Source of the DNA: an uncultured bacterium
GTDB lineage: Bacteria; Chloroflexota; UBA5177; JANWHV01
Assembly (NCBI GenBank): GCA_963827235.1
Contig: CAWHAE010000010.1
Span: 448,001-512,000 of the forward strand
Direction: 5' to 3'
Length of the DNA: 64,000 bases
In this document: positions 49,099 to 58,981 of the stretch, piece by piece
Position numbering within the stretch: the first letter of the stretch is position 1
Layout: each line of letters opens with the position of its first letter
Translations under genes and position numbers: made by a program
The notes under the pieces: generated by a model
Seen by the model: only the letters and a program-made list of their open reading frames with translations
Told to the model about the DNA's origin: nothing
The model's database searches: none

Positions 49099-49282
49099 AT
49101 CTGGCCGGGGTATCGGCAGCAACTCCAGGGGCCCCGTGGCTCCCCTCTGGCTTTGCGCCGAAGCGTCTTCTGCGGTCACCGCGGAGCGCTGGATGCCAAG
49201 GGCGCGCGGCCTCCAGACTCAAGCGGCCGACTCCGGTCCGGTGGAGGCCGGAGCAGTCAAGAGAGCCGTGGAGTCGAGATTC

Positions 49283-49336
49283 TTATACGAGAATTAACAC
49301 AGTCTTAACAGTCCCTTAATGGTACGCGTGTAGCCT
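49283..49336 (+). promoter_or_regulatory. Pho-box-like array (four units, 11-bp period) plus -10 for the divergent regulator
   Basis: TTATac(49283), TTAAca(49294), TTAAca(49305), TTAA(49316), then N11 and TAGCCT(49331). Confidence 0.82.
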
Positions 49337-49493
49337 ACAGCACAGGAGTTGCGCAGCCGCTCGCCCTCAGATCCACTGCATGCATGACGACTTCCGCACG
49401 CTTGAGCCGGGAGTCCGCCGGGGCCATGCCTCACGCGACGGCATCCAGGCGGCGTTCGTGGTTGCTCCGGGCTGCTTTGAGGGGAGTTACTCC

Positions 49494-50204
49494 GTGGTGA
49501 CGTCCGAGGTCGTCCCGGGTCCCGAATGGCGCGTACTTCTCGCCGCGGCGGAGAATATCAGCCTGGTTCCCGTGGTAGAGTATCTGACCGAGGAAGGCTG
49601 CGTCATCACGTCGTTGTGGCCGGCCAACGACCTCGCGCGCCAGATTCGCGTGGTGCTGCCGCGGCTGGTTATAGCAGCGGCACCCAGCCTGCTTGACCTG
49701 CTCGACCTGTGCCGGACCGTGCGGGCTTGCACCTCCGCGCCTTTGGTCGTGGTTGGGCTCGCCGACGTGGAGACCGACGAGGTGCTGAGCCTCGAATACG
49801 GTGCAGACGCCTATCTTCCGCCCAGCTCGTCTCCGCGCCGGCTGCGCGCTCACCTGCAGGCCGTCCTCCGCCGAGCCCGCATCGACGAGCGTGAAGGCTC
49901 TGCCAAGCCCCTCCAGTTTGGGGTACTGCGGATAGACACCGTGCGCCGCCGAGTGTACCGTGGCGATCGCGAGGTAGATCTGTCGCAGAAGGAGTACACG
50001 CTGCTGGCATTTCTGGTCGAGCACGCGGGACGCACGGTGTCCCGACAGGAGCTGGCCGGCTACGTGTGGGGCTCCGGCGGCGCCGGCGAAGGGCGAAGCC
50101 TGGACGTGCACATTCACTGGCTGCGTGAGAAGCTCGAGATCGACGCGGCCAATCCGGAGCACATCCGCACCGTCCGCGGCATCGGTTACTGCTTCGAGCC
50201 CTGA
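49494..50204 (+). CDS. OmpR/PhoB-family regulator with a degenerate (pseudo-)receiver domain
   Basis: Intact wHTH (LSQKEY.LL.FL, SR.EL...VW, RSLDVHIHWLREKLE, IRTVRGIGY). The receiver lacks the acidic pair, phospho-Asp and Lys. GTG 49494 after GAGGGGAG. Confidence 0.88.
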   Translation: MVTSEVVPGPEWRVLLAAAENISLVPVVEYLTEEGCVITSLWPANDLARQIRVVLPRLVIAAAPSLLDLLDLCRTVRACTSAPLVVVGLADVETDEVLSLEYGADAYLPPSSSPRRLRAHLQAVLRRARIDEREGSAKPLQFGVLRIDTVRRRVYRGDREVDLSQKEYTLLAFLVEHAGRTVSRQELAGYVWGSGGAGEGRSLDVHIHWLREKLEIDAANPEHIRTVRGIGYCFEP

Positions 50205-50424
50205 TTCGAGGCCGCCGGTCGAGCAGGGCAACTGCGACCGGCGGTACTATAGATCAGGTGGTGGCGACCGTCGCCTGTGCCGGGTGCATGCGGCAGACGG
50301 CCCGGAATTCGCCATGCTGCCGGGGCGTGGCCACCGTCGCCGCGCGGCCCCTGGGCCGGGCTTGGCCGACGCGAGATCGATTGGCGCCGTCCAGTACGCG
50401 CTGGAATGACGAGGTAGAGCGAAG

Positions 50425-51411
50425 ATGACCACGGCCGTTCGTACCGCCGTCTCGCCCGACGTAGAACAGCGAAACCCAGGCGTGCCGCTGGACATGAGCC
50501 TGATCACAGCGGTGAGAATCAACCGTAGCGCGGTGGAGCGGCGGGCGGCCACCATGCCGGCCAGGCGGAGCGTCAAGAACAAGTGGCAGGCGGCGTGGCT
50601 TTTGAAGGCCCTGAGCTGCATCGACCTGACGACGCTCAGCGGAGATGATACGCCCGGCACCGTGCGGCGTCTATGCGGCAAGGCCAGGCAGCCCCTGCGC
50701 GAGGACATCGTTCAGGCGCTCGACGTGAGCCGCCTGAACCTGCATGTGGGCGCGGTGTGCGTCTATCACAATCTGGTGGCGCCCGCGGTGGAGTCGTTGC
50801 GCGGATCCGGCGTTCCCGTGGCTGCCGTATCGACCGGATTTCCTGCCGGCCAGAACTCGCTGCCCAACAAACTGGCGGAGATCGCCGGCTCAGTGGCGGA
50901 CGGAGCCAGCGAGATCGACATCGTGATCTCGCGCGCCCATGTGCTCACCGGCGACTGGGAGCGGCTCTACGACGAGGTGAGGCAATTCAGAGCGGCATGT
51001 GGTCCGGCTCACATGAAGACGATTCTGGCCACGGGAGAGCTCGCGAACCTGAAGCAGGTCGCCCAGGCGAGTCTGGTCTGCATGATGGCAGGGGCTGATT
51101 TCATCAAGACCTCCACGGGGAAGGAGCCGGTAAACGCCACGCTGCCGGTCGGGCTCGTCATGGTACGTGCCATTCGCCAGTATCTCGATATCACCGGCCA
51201 GGCGGTCGGCTTCAAGCCGGCCGGCGGCATCAGGTCGGCGAAGTCGGCGCTGGACTGGCTGGCTCTGATGAAGGAGGAGCTGGGACCTCGCTGGCTCGGT
51301 CCAGGCTTGTTCCGTCTCGGTGCGAGCGGCCTCTTGACCGACATAGAGCGCCAGCTCGAACACTTCGTCAGCGGCCGGTACGCGGCGGCACATCGCTTCC
51401 CCATGCCCTGA
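50425..51411 (+). CDS. deoC: Deoxyribose-phosphate aldolase (long form)
   Basis: IDLTTLSGDDT, AVCVY, GFPAGQ, EIDIVI, GADFIKTSTGK, GFKPAGGI, FRLGASGLL. Confidence 0.96.
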   Translation: MTTAVRTAVSPDVEQRNPGVPLDMSLITAVRINRSAVERRAATMPARRSVKNKWQAAWLLKALSCIDLTTLSGDDTPGTVRRLCGKARQPLREDIVQALDVSRLNLHVGAVCVYHNLVAPAVESLRGSGVPVAAVSTGFPAGQNSLPNKLAEIAGSVADGASEIDIVISRAHVLTGDWERLYDEVRQFRAACGPAHMKTILATGELANLKQVAQASLVCMMAGADFIKTSTGKEPVNATLPVGLVMVRAIRQYLDITGQAVGFKPAGGIRSAKSALDWLALMKEELGPRWLGPGLFRLGASGLLTDIERQLEHFVSGRYAAAHRFPMP

Positions 51412-51605
51412 GCAGGCGCGCTGAAGCCGGGCACGGTTCCAGTCTGCCGGCGGGGTATATTTACAGATGCGGCGATGCTCGATGCAGTCGCTCCATGGCA
51501 GCGCGGGCGCGGTGAAGGCCGGACGAACCACGGATCGTGGCTCGGCTGGTGCGCGCATTCGGGCCGGTTAGTATCCAGGATGTATCGCGGAGGCATAGCA
51601 ACGCA

Positions 51606-53519
51606 ATGACGGTTGAAGCGCACAAGGAGACCCTGGGTTTTCAGGCAGAGGTCGTTCAGCTGCTTGATCTCATGGTCCATTCGCTCTACAGCAACAAGGA
51701 GATCTTCCTGCGCGAGCTCATCTCTAACGCGTCCGACGCGGCAGATAAGCTGCGCTTCGAAGCCCTTTCGTCCGAAGGGCTTTACGAGGACGACCCGGAT
51801 CTGAAGATCGAGGTCGCGTACGACAAGGGCGAGCGAACGGTGACGGTCACGGATAACGGGATCGGCATGAGCCGGCAGGACGTGATCGAGAATATAGGCA
51901 CCATCGCCAAGTCGGGAACTCGCGAGTTCTTCAAAGCCCTGACCGGCGATCAGCAGAAGGATGCTCACCTGATCGGCCAGTTCGGCGTGGGCTTCTACTC
52001 CTCGTTCATCGTGGCCGATCGCGTGGTGCTGTACACACGCAAGGCGGGCCAGGATCCCTCCACCGGCGTACGCTGGGAGTCGAACGGCAACGGCGAGTAC
52101 ACGCTGGAAGACGTGGAGCGACCCGAGCGAGGCACCCAGGTTGTTCTTCGCCTGCGCGAAGAGGAAGATGAGTTGCTGAACGGCTACCGACTGAGAAGCA
52201 TCATCAGGAAGTTCTCCGACCACATCAATCTGCCCATCCTGATGAAGTCGGAGACCCCTCCCAAAGAGGGGGAAGAGCCCGCGCCGATCATGGAAACGGT
52301 CAACCGGGCGTCGGCGCTGTGGACGCGGGCGAAGAGCGAGATCTCCGAGGACGAGTACACGGAGTTCTACAAACACGTGGCGCACGAATTCGACGAGCCG
52401 CTCACGTACGTGCACAGCAAGATGGAGGGGAAGTACGAGTATATCTTGCTGCTCTACATCCCGGCCCATGCGCCATTCGACCTCTGGAATCGCGATAGCA
52501 GGCACGGCGTCAAGCTGTACGTGCGTCGCGTGTTCATCATGGACGATGCCGAGCAGCTTTTGCCCAACTACCTGCGATTCGTGCGCGGAATCGTCGACTC
52601 GAGCGATCTGCCGCTCAATATCTCTCGCGAGATCCTGCAGCAGAGTCGCGTTATCGACAGCATCAGATCCGGCGCGGTGAAGAAGACTCTCACTCTGCTC
52701 AAGGAGCTGGCCGCAGATAAGCCGGAGAAGTACGCGACCTTCTGGAAGGAGTTCGGTGCGGTCCTGAAGGAAGGTATTGCCGAGGATGCGGGGAACCGCG
52801 ACGAGATCGCGCGTCTGCTCCGCTTCTCCACGACCGCGACGTCGAGCGACGTGCAGGACGTTTCGCTGGAAACGTATCTCGGCCGCGTGAAGGAGGGCCA
52901 GGACAAGATCTACTTCATGATTGCCGACACCTTTGCCGCGGCCAAGAACAGCCCGCTGCTCGAGGTCTTCAAGAAGAAGGGCGTCGAGGTGTTGCTGCTC
53001 TCCGATCCGATCGACAATTGGGTGGTCGCTCACCTGCGCGAGTTTGACGGCAAGCAGCTGCAATCGGTCTCGCGCGGCGAGGTGGACCTCGGCAAGCTGG
53101 CGGATGCCGACGAACAGGCCGAGCATCAGAAAGCCGTGGACGAGAGCAAGAGCCTGGTCGAGCGCATCAAGGCCGCGCTTGGCGATCGCGTGCAGGATGT
53201 CCGCGCTACCACACGACTGACCACCTCGCCGGCATGCCTCGTGGTTGACGAGCACGGCCTCGACCCCTCGTTCGTGCGTTTGATGAAAGCGGCGGGCCAG
53301 CCTGTGCCTGCGATGCAGCCGATCCTGGAGGTCAATCCCCACCATCCGCTGGTGACCATGATGTCCGCGGAGGAGGAGCAGTCGCGATTCGGTAGCTGGG
53401 CAATGATGCTGTTTGACCAGGCCGTGCTCAGCGACGGCGGGCAGCTGGAAGATCCGGCGGCGTTCGTCGGGAGGCTGAACGATCTGCTCGTCGGGATGGG
53501 CGGAAAGCAGGAGGATTGA
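51606..53519 (+). CDS. htpG: Molecular chaperone HtpG (Hsp90)
   Basis: FQAEV.QLL, YSNKEIFLRELISNASDA, GTIAKSGT, IGQFGVGFYS, DLPLNISREILQ; ATG 51606 after GGAGG. Confidence 0.98.
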   Translation: MTVEAHKETLGFQAEVVQLLDLMVHSLYSNKEIFLRELISNASDAADKLRFEALSSEGLYEDDPDLKIEVAYDKGERTVTVTDNGIGMSRQDVIENIGTIAKSGTREFFKALTGDQQKDAHLIGQFGVGFYSSFIVADRVVLYTRKAGQDPSTGVRWESNGNGEYTLEDVERPERGTQVVLRLREEEDELLNGYRLRSIIRKFSDHINLPILMKSETPPKEGEEPAPIMETVNRASALWTRAKSEISEDEYTEFYKHVAHEFDEPLTYVHSKMEGKYEYILLLYIPAHAPFDLWNRDSRHGVKLYVRRVFIMDDAEQLLPNYLRFVRGIVDSSDLPLNISREILQQSRVIDSIRSGAVKKTLTLLKELAADKPEKYATFWKEFGAVLKEGIAEDAGNRDEIARLLRFSTTATSSDVQDVSLETYLGRVKEGQDKIYFMIADTFAAAKNSPLLEVFKKKGVEVLLLSDPIDNWVVAHLREFDGKQLQSVSRGEVDLGKLADADEQAEHQKAVDESKSLVERIKAALGDRVQDVRATTRLTTSPACLVVDEHGLDPSFVRLMKAAGQPVPAMQPILEVNPHHPLVTMMSAEEEQSRFGSWAMMLFDQAVLSDGGQLEDPAAFVGRLNDLLVGMGGKQED

Positions 53520-54445
53520 TGGCTGCGAAAGTGCTGGTGACCGGCGGCGCCGGCTTCATTGGATCACACGTTGTCGACGGCCTGATCGGGGCCGGACACG
53601 AGGTTGTGGTAGTCGACTCGCTCTGGGAGCATGGCGGTGGCCGGCTCGAGAATCTCAACAAGTCCGCAGCTTTCCACAAGCTCGACATCCGTTCGCCTGA
53701 GTTCGGCGCCTTGGTGCGGTCCGAGCGTCCCGAGATCATCTCACATCACGCGGCGCAACACAGCGTCAAGATCTCCACCGATCTGCCGGCCTACGACGCC
53801 GACGTTAACGTCCTGGGCCTGCTGAATCTGCTCGACGCAGCCAAGGATGCCGGCACGCGGAAGGTGATATTTGCCTCCTCGGGAGCGACGTACGGCACCT
53901 GCACGGAGCTGCCGATCAACGAGGAGACGCCGCAACGGCCCGAGTCACCGTACGGCATCACCAAGATGGTGTCCGAGCACTATCTGCGTTTCTGGCACCG
54001 CGAGTACGGCCTGGAGTACACACTGCTGCGCTACGGAAACGTGTATGGGCCCAGGCAGGACCCCAACGGAGAGGCCGGCGTGATCGCGATATTCGCCAAG
54101 CATATCCTGCGCCACGAGGCTGTGCGCATCGACTGGGACGGTGAACAGACCAAGGACTACGTCTACGTGGGCGACGTGGCACGCGCCACGCTGATCTCTC
54201 TGGCGCAGGCCAACGGAGAAGCCTTTTGTATCGCCAGCGGGCAGGCGACCTCCGTCAACGCCATTCATCGCGGCCTCTGCGACTTGACCGGATTCGAGGC
54301 GCCGATCGTGCATGCTTCACGCCGCCCGGGTGACATTCACGATACCTACTTCGACGTGTCCAAGGCGGCCCGGGTGCTCGGTTGGCGTCCGGAGGTGGAT
54401 TTCACCGAGGGGTTGCGCCGGACACTGGCCTCGTTCGATCAGTAG
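53519..54445 (+). CDS. NAD-dependent epimerase/dehydratase (UDP-glucose 4-epimerase-like)
   Basis: VTGGAGFIGSH, SPYGITK (YxxxK), LRYGNVYGPRQDP.GEAGV; TGATG coupling to htpG. Confidence 0.92.
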   Translation: MAAKVLVTGGAGFIGSHVVDGLIGAGHEVVVVDSLWEHGGGRLENLNKSAAFHKLDIRSPEFGALVRSERPEIISHHAAQHSVKISTDLPAYDADVNVLGLLNLLDAAKDAGTRKVIFASSGATYGTCTELPINEETPQRPESPYGITKMVSEHYLRFWHREYGLEYTLLRYGNVYGPRQDPNGEAGVIAIFAKHILRHEAVRIDWDGEQTKDYVYVGDVARATLISLAQANGEAFCIASGQATSVNAIHRGLCDLTGFEAPIVHASRRPGDIHDTYFDVSKAARVLGWRPEVDFTEGLRRTLASFDQ

Positions 54446-54539
54446 AAGGCCCGAGGGTTCTCGACGGCCCCGTGGCGGCGGGTCGCGTCACGGAGAATCG
54501 GCCGGCGGGCCTCGATCGCCAGTGGGAGTGGTGCCGGCC

Positions 54540-55649
54540 ATGCATGTCGAACGGGTTCTGGTACTCAACCCGGGCTCGAGCAGCCTGAAATGGTCCCTGC
54601 TCTCGGCCCGTGCCGAGGAGGTGCTGGCCGGCGCCGACATCCCTTACAACACGGCCGCCGGCGACAACCGGGGAGCGTTGGTGCGCCGAGCGCTGGAACA
54701 GGCAGGCGACGTGGCGGCAGTCGGCTTCCGGGTCGTGCATGGGGGTACGCTCTTTCGGGAGACCGTGCGTGTCGACCCGGCCATGCTCAACCGCCTGTCC
54801 ACACTCAACGAGCTGGCGCCGCTGCACAATCCGGTGGCCGTGGAGTGCATGACCGAGGCGCTACAGGCGCTGCCAAATGCCCTGCACTGTGCCGCTTTCG
54901 ACACCGCATTTCACCGCACCATTCCCGACAAGGCCGCGACATACGCTCTACCCCATGAGTGGACTGATCGTTGGGGTATACGACGGTTCGGCTTCCACGG
55001 CCTGAGCGTGGCGTACGCTGTACAGCAGGTCGCTCGCCTGCTGGGCTATACGCCGGCCCGGCACGTGGTGTGCCACCTGGGCGCCGGCTGCTCGATCACC
55101 GCCGTGCTCGACGGCCGGTCTATCGACACGACCATGGGCTTCACGCCGCTGGACGGCGTGATGATGGCCACCCGTTCCGGTGCCGTGGACCCGGGCATGA
55201 TGCTGTACCTTGTGCGCCACGGCACCGACGTGGACGCCTTCTACGATACACTGGAGCACCGATCGGGTTTGTTCGGCGTCTCAGGCGTGTCCGGCGACGT
55301 TCGAGACGTGATCGCGCAGGCAGGTTCCGGCAATGAGCCGGCTCGTCTCGCCTACGACATGTTCCTGTACAGTGTGTCGCGCGCGGTGGGCTCGATGGCG
55401 GCGAGCTTGGGAGGGATCGACGTGCTCACCTTTACAGGCGGCGTCGGCGAACACCAGCCCCCGCTGCGCACACACGTGGCCGGTACTCTCCGCTACCTGC
55501 GACTCGCTCTCGACGAAGATGTGAACCAGTGCGGCGAGCTCGACCGCGACTACTCCGCGAGCGGCTCACCGGTGCGCATCATGGTGATCAGAGCGCGCGA
55601 GGATCTGAGCATTCTCCGCGAGGTGCTCGCGGTAGCGACACGAAGCTAG
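54540..55649 (+). CDS. ackA: Acetate kinase
   Basis: LVLNPGSSSLK, RVVHGG, LAPLHN, FDTAFH, GFHGLS, HLGAGCS, DTTMGFTPLDG, FTGGVGE. Confidence 0.95.
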   Translation: MHVERVLVLNPGSSSLKWSLLSARAEEVLAGADIPYNTAAGDNRGALVRRALEQAGDVAAVGFRVVHGGTLFRETVRVDPAMLNRLSTLNELAPLHNPVAVECMTEALQALPNALHCAAFDTAFHRTIPDKAATYALPHEWTDRWGIRRFGFHGLSVAYAVQQVARLLGYTPARHVVCHLGAGCSITAVLDGRSIDTTMGFTPLDGVMMATRSGAVDPGMMLYLVRHGTDVDAFYDTLEHRSGLFGVSGVSGDVRDVIAQAGSGNEPARLAYDMFLYSVSRAVGSMAASLGGIDVLTFTGGVGEHQPPLRTHVAGTLRYLRLALDEDVNQCGELDRDYSASGSPVRIMVIRAREDLSILREVLAVATRS

Positions 55650-55755
55650 CCGATCGGCAAGGAGACGGTGACTTCGCGAGGCCCGGATCGCGTCCTGCAA
55701 AGAGGTCCCGGACAGTCAGGGGCACGAAGCAGTCGGCCGCCACGCCGATGACCTT

Positions 55756-56625
55756 CTAATGGTCCGAGGTAGGTTGCCCGGATACGATGGCGATCAGAGG
55801 GTCGAGCGGGAAGGGCGGCGGCTCCGGCAGAGGCGGGCGCTGGTATGGCGGATACTCGAGGTCGTAGTTGGCAGCGAGAGAATTCGCCAGAGCCACGCTG
55901 GCACTGAGGGGAGCGTCCTGGGCGGCGGGCCGGTGGTGATCGGCAATGGCAGAGGCGAGGTCGTCCGGCAGCGACCACAATTCGGCGATGCGTTGGCCAA
56001 CCGCGGCGTGGGTAGTGCCGAAGCAGGCCTCCTCAGCCTGGAGCACGTCGTCGCACTGCAGGAGCGTCACGATCTCATTGAGCGGCCTGAGCACATTGCC
56101 CTGGCGGCCGGCCAGCGAGTTGAGCACGAGCTTGCCGATGTCGTGCAGCAGCCCGGCGCTGTAGGCCTGGCCGATAGCGGGATAGCGGAACTCGCGGGCG
56201 ATCACGGACGTAAGCGTCGCCACCGTCTCGCTGTGGTGGACGAAAGAATTTCTGCGAAGGTCGTACAACACCAGCGCGCTCTGCTGTCCACGTGTGATAC
56301 CCCAGCTCAGGGCGAGCAGTCTCGCCTGGTCGGTGCCGACGATGCGAATAGCCTCGCCCACGTTGCCGATCTGGCGGTTCATACCGTAGGCAGCCGAATT
56401 GGCAATTCGAAGCAGGTGCGCCGTCAGCCCCGTATCGTGGCTAGCGGCAACTGTCATCTCTCTGAGCGACGCGCGTGGGTTATCGATGGCGGCCAGAAAC
56501 GCGAACACGGTGGCGGGCATGGGCAGCAGAGCCTGCAAGGTGTCGGCGGTCAGCACGACATCCATGGGCTGTTGCGGCGACGGTGTGCTGCCGGGCCAGG
56601 GCCGCGTCATCGTCCCGTCTCGCAT
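55756..56625 (-). CDS. Stand-alone HDOD-domain protein
   Basis: LPMP, D..L...LLRIANSAAYG, HS, AGLLHDIGKLVL, E...FGTTHA.VG......W.LP......I..HH. Start uncertain. Confidence 0.88.
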   Translation of the reverse strand: MRDGTMTRPWPGSTPSPQQPMDVVLTADTLQALLPMPATVFAFLAAIDNPRASLREMTVAASHDTGLTAHLLRIANSAAYGMNRQIGNVGEAIRIVGTDQARLLALSWGITRGQQSALVLYDLRRNSFVHHSETVATLTSVIAREFRYPAIGQAYSAGLLHDIGKLVLNSLAGRQGNVLRPLNEIVTLLQCDDVLQAEEACFGTTHAAVGQRIAELWSLPDDLASAIADHHRPAAQDAPLSASVALANSLAANYDLEYPPYQRPPLPEPPPFPLDPLIAIVSGQPTSDH

Positions 56626-56841
56626 GCCGAGACTCTGCCGTGGCGCCGGCAGCAGCGAGCGAAAACCCTCATGCCGGCGAGTCCGCTGCTATTCCAACTG
56701 GTCGCTGTCGCATCGCATATCCTCCCGTGTACCGGATTCTCCACCACTATACCAGTGTCGCGCCCCGGTTGGAGGTGCCGAAGAGGCCGGCTTCGGGGAT
56801 TGCGCGAAGCTGCGCATCGACCGGAGCCAGCCGGCACATGC

Positions 56842-57807
56842 CTAGCCAGTTTCGCCCGCCCTGACGGCCATTACTACCAAACAGAACGGAAGGTCGCCGC
56901 ACGCGCGGATGAAGTCCTCGGACGTATAGCCGGCCGGGGCGTCGCGCACCAGCCCATCGAGCACTCGCGTGACCACGCAGCCTGCTGCTTCCACATTTCG
57001 TAGATAGTCGTCACGCCGGTGCCGGCTGGTCGGCAGCCTGTACACGACATCTGGGCGCACTACTTCCGTCTGCCAGCCCATGGATGTCACCTGCGGATGG
57101 AAATCGGTAATCAGAAGGTGACCACCAGGACGTACCGCACGGGCACACTCGGCGATCGCCGCGCTCAGGTTGAGAACGTGGCAGAGCATGAGCGCGCAGA
57201 TGACCAGGTCGAACGAGCCCGATGGCACAGGCAAACCGGTTTCAACAACACCTTGGTGGAAAGCGATTTGAAGCTGCTCACGCGCGGCCGACCTGCGCGC
57301 GGACTCCAGCATCTCAGCCGACTGGTCGAATGCGGTGACGTTAGCGCTCCGGCGAGCCCACCGCAGCGCGTGCCGGCCGGTGCCGGTTCCGACGTCCAGC
57401 ACCGTCGCCGGCCGCAACTCCGCTTCGAGCGCAGGTAGCAGCGACTCCTCGAGAGCAATCAGAGGATTCCGCTCTCGATCGTACCTATCTGCCCACAGCG
57501 CGTATCCCTCGCGCACGCCAATCTGGACACCGTAGATGAATTCGCTGTCCATCTGCACGGCAGTGACAGCCTGGTCCACTGCGGTCGCCACGCGCAGAAG
57601 AGTGCCGTCTGGGAGGCGATAGCGCGAGATGACACCGTGCCCGCAGGTTGCACCGAACTCGTTCGCCCGCCGCTGCACCTCATCCACCTCGCCCCAATCG
57701 CCGCTCTGGTGGCGTGCCAGGAAGGCAGCCGCCGCCTCGTCGACCTGGGACAGAGCGGCAGCTGCTTGCTGCGAGACCGTGACCTCGCCAAGGGCAAAGG
57801 AATGCAT
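56842..57807 (-). CDS. Class I SAM-dependent methyltransferase with an N-terminal RHxxGDWG domain
   Basis: N-terminus F.LG.V......A.L......FLARHQSGDWGEV ... N ... G..VISRY; C-terminus GYALWA..YD...NPLI, VLDVGTGTGRH, FD.S.EML, FDLV, RPGG.L.ITD.HP. GGAG upstream. Confidence 0.85.
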   Translation of the reverse strand: MHSFALGEVTVSQQAAAALSQVDEAAAAFLARHQSGDWGEVDEVQRRANEFGATCGHGVISRYRLPDGTLLRVATAVDQAVTAVQMDSEFIYGVQIGVREGYALWADRYDRERNPLIALEESLLPALEAELRPATVLDVGTGTGRHALRWARRSANVTAFDQSAEMLESARRSAAREQLQIAFHQGVVETGLPVPSGSFDLVICALMLCHVLNLSAAIAECARAVRPGGHLLITDFHPQVTSMGWQTEVVRPDVVYRLPTSRHRRDDYLRNVEAAGCVVTRVLDGLVRDAPAGYTSEDFIRACGDLPFCLVVMAVRAGETG

Positions 57808-58126
57808 ACTCTCCGCTCCGCTCCATACTACGACGTCCTGTGGGTGCCATCGGCGCCGCGCACACCGCTCTCAGATTAGGTCAGACCAATCCGGCGAGTC
57901 AACCGACTGCACAGCCGACGACCTCCCCGTGCCGCACCGTGTTGTCGGACAGTGACGGTATCCCTGAGAGCAAGTCGCGGTTCTCCATATGCCATACGCG
58001 TGGCACACTGGGGAAGGACGCGGGAATCCGACCGCGCGCGGTGCCAGACCGCGGATCAGTCCCGTACGCTCCCGTCACCTAAGCTCGACCCGACGAGAGC
58101 GGCCATCTGAATCGGAGAATCATTCC

Positions 58127-58981
58127 ATGTCCATGCCGGAGCCCAGTCCTGCCAGGTCGGCGTTTGCTGTCTCGCACATTGCCGGGTCGTATCCGGCCGA
58201 GCGCACGCGAACGGCGCTTCTCAAGGTGCCTGAGATCACGCTCTACTTCTGGATCGTAAAGGTGTTGACTACCGCGATGGGTGAGTCGACCTCGGACTAT
58301 CTGGTCTATCACATGAATCCATATCTGGCAGTGATGCTCGGGGCAGTAGGTCTGGCAGCCGCGCTGGGGCTGCAACTTCTGGCACCCCGTTACGTTGCCT
58401 GGATCTACTGGCTGGCCGTGCTCATGGTAGCGGTCTTCGGCACGATGGCTGCAGATGCCATGCACATCCAGCTAGGTGTCCCCTACGTCGCCTCGACCGC
58501 GCTCTTTGCCATCGCGCTCGTCGTCGTGTTTGCGGCCTGGCACGCGCACGAGCACGCCCTGTCGATCCATAGCATCACCACGCCAACGCGCGAGCTCTTC
58601 TACTGGCTCACGGTCATGACGACCTTCGCGCTGGGCACGGCAACGGGAGACCTGACCGCAATCACCGCCGGCCTGGGATTCTTGGCCTCCGGCGTGCTCT
58701 TTGCCGCCGCGATGGTCGTACCGGCGGTAGCCTATGGGCGGGGCTGGATGAACGCCGTCGCAGCGTTCTGGTTCGCCTACATTCTGACGCGCCCGCTTGG
58801 GGCCTCGATCGCCGACTGGCTGGGCAAAGCGCGCAGCGTGCGCGGCCTGGGCCTCGGCGATGGCCCGGTTAGCCTGGCCTTCGCCTTGCTCATGGTCGGC
58901 TTCGTGGGCTACCTGTCCGTCACCCGGGTAGATGTCAGGGCTGATGCCGAGCCCAGTGATACCAGCGCAGCTTACGGCTGA
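58127..58981 (+). CDS. COG4705 / DUF347-repeat membrane protein
   Basis: KVPEIT.YFW..K...T.MGE..SD, YW......VFGT..AD, FYW...M.TFALGTA.GD, FW.AY.LTRPLGAS.AD. Confidence 0.88.
   Translation: MSMPEPSPARSAFAVSHIAGSYPAERTRTALLKVPEITLYFWIVKVLTTAMGESTSDYLVYHMNPYLAVMLGAVGLAAALGLQLLAPRYVAWIYWLAVLMVAVFGTMAADAMHIQLGVPYVASTALFAIALVVVFAAWHAHEHALSIHSITTPTRELFYWLTVMTTFALGTATGDLTAITAGLGFLASGVLFAAAMVVPAVAYGRGWMNAVAAFWFAYILTRPLGASIADWLGKARSVRGLGLGDGPVSLAFALLMVGFVGYLSVTRVDVRADAEPSDTSAAYG

Noticed and set aside
49062-49320. AT-rich repeats as a CRISPR array or replication origin
   Set aside because: Units are 4-6 bp at an 11-bp period with no spacers, cas genes or DnaA-box cluster; better explained as Pho boxes.
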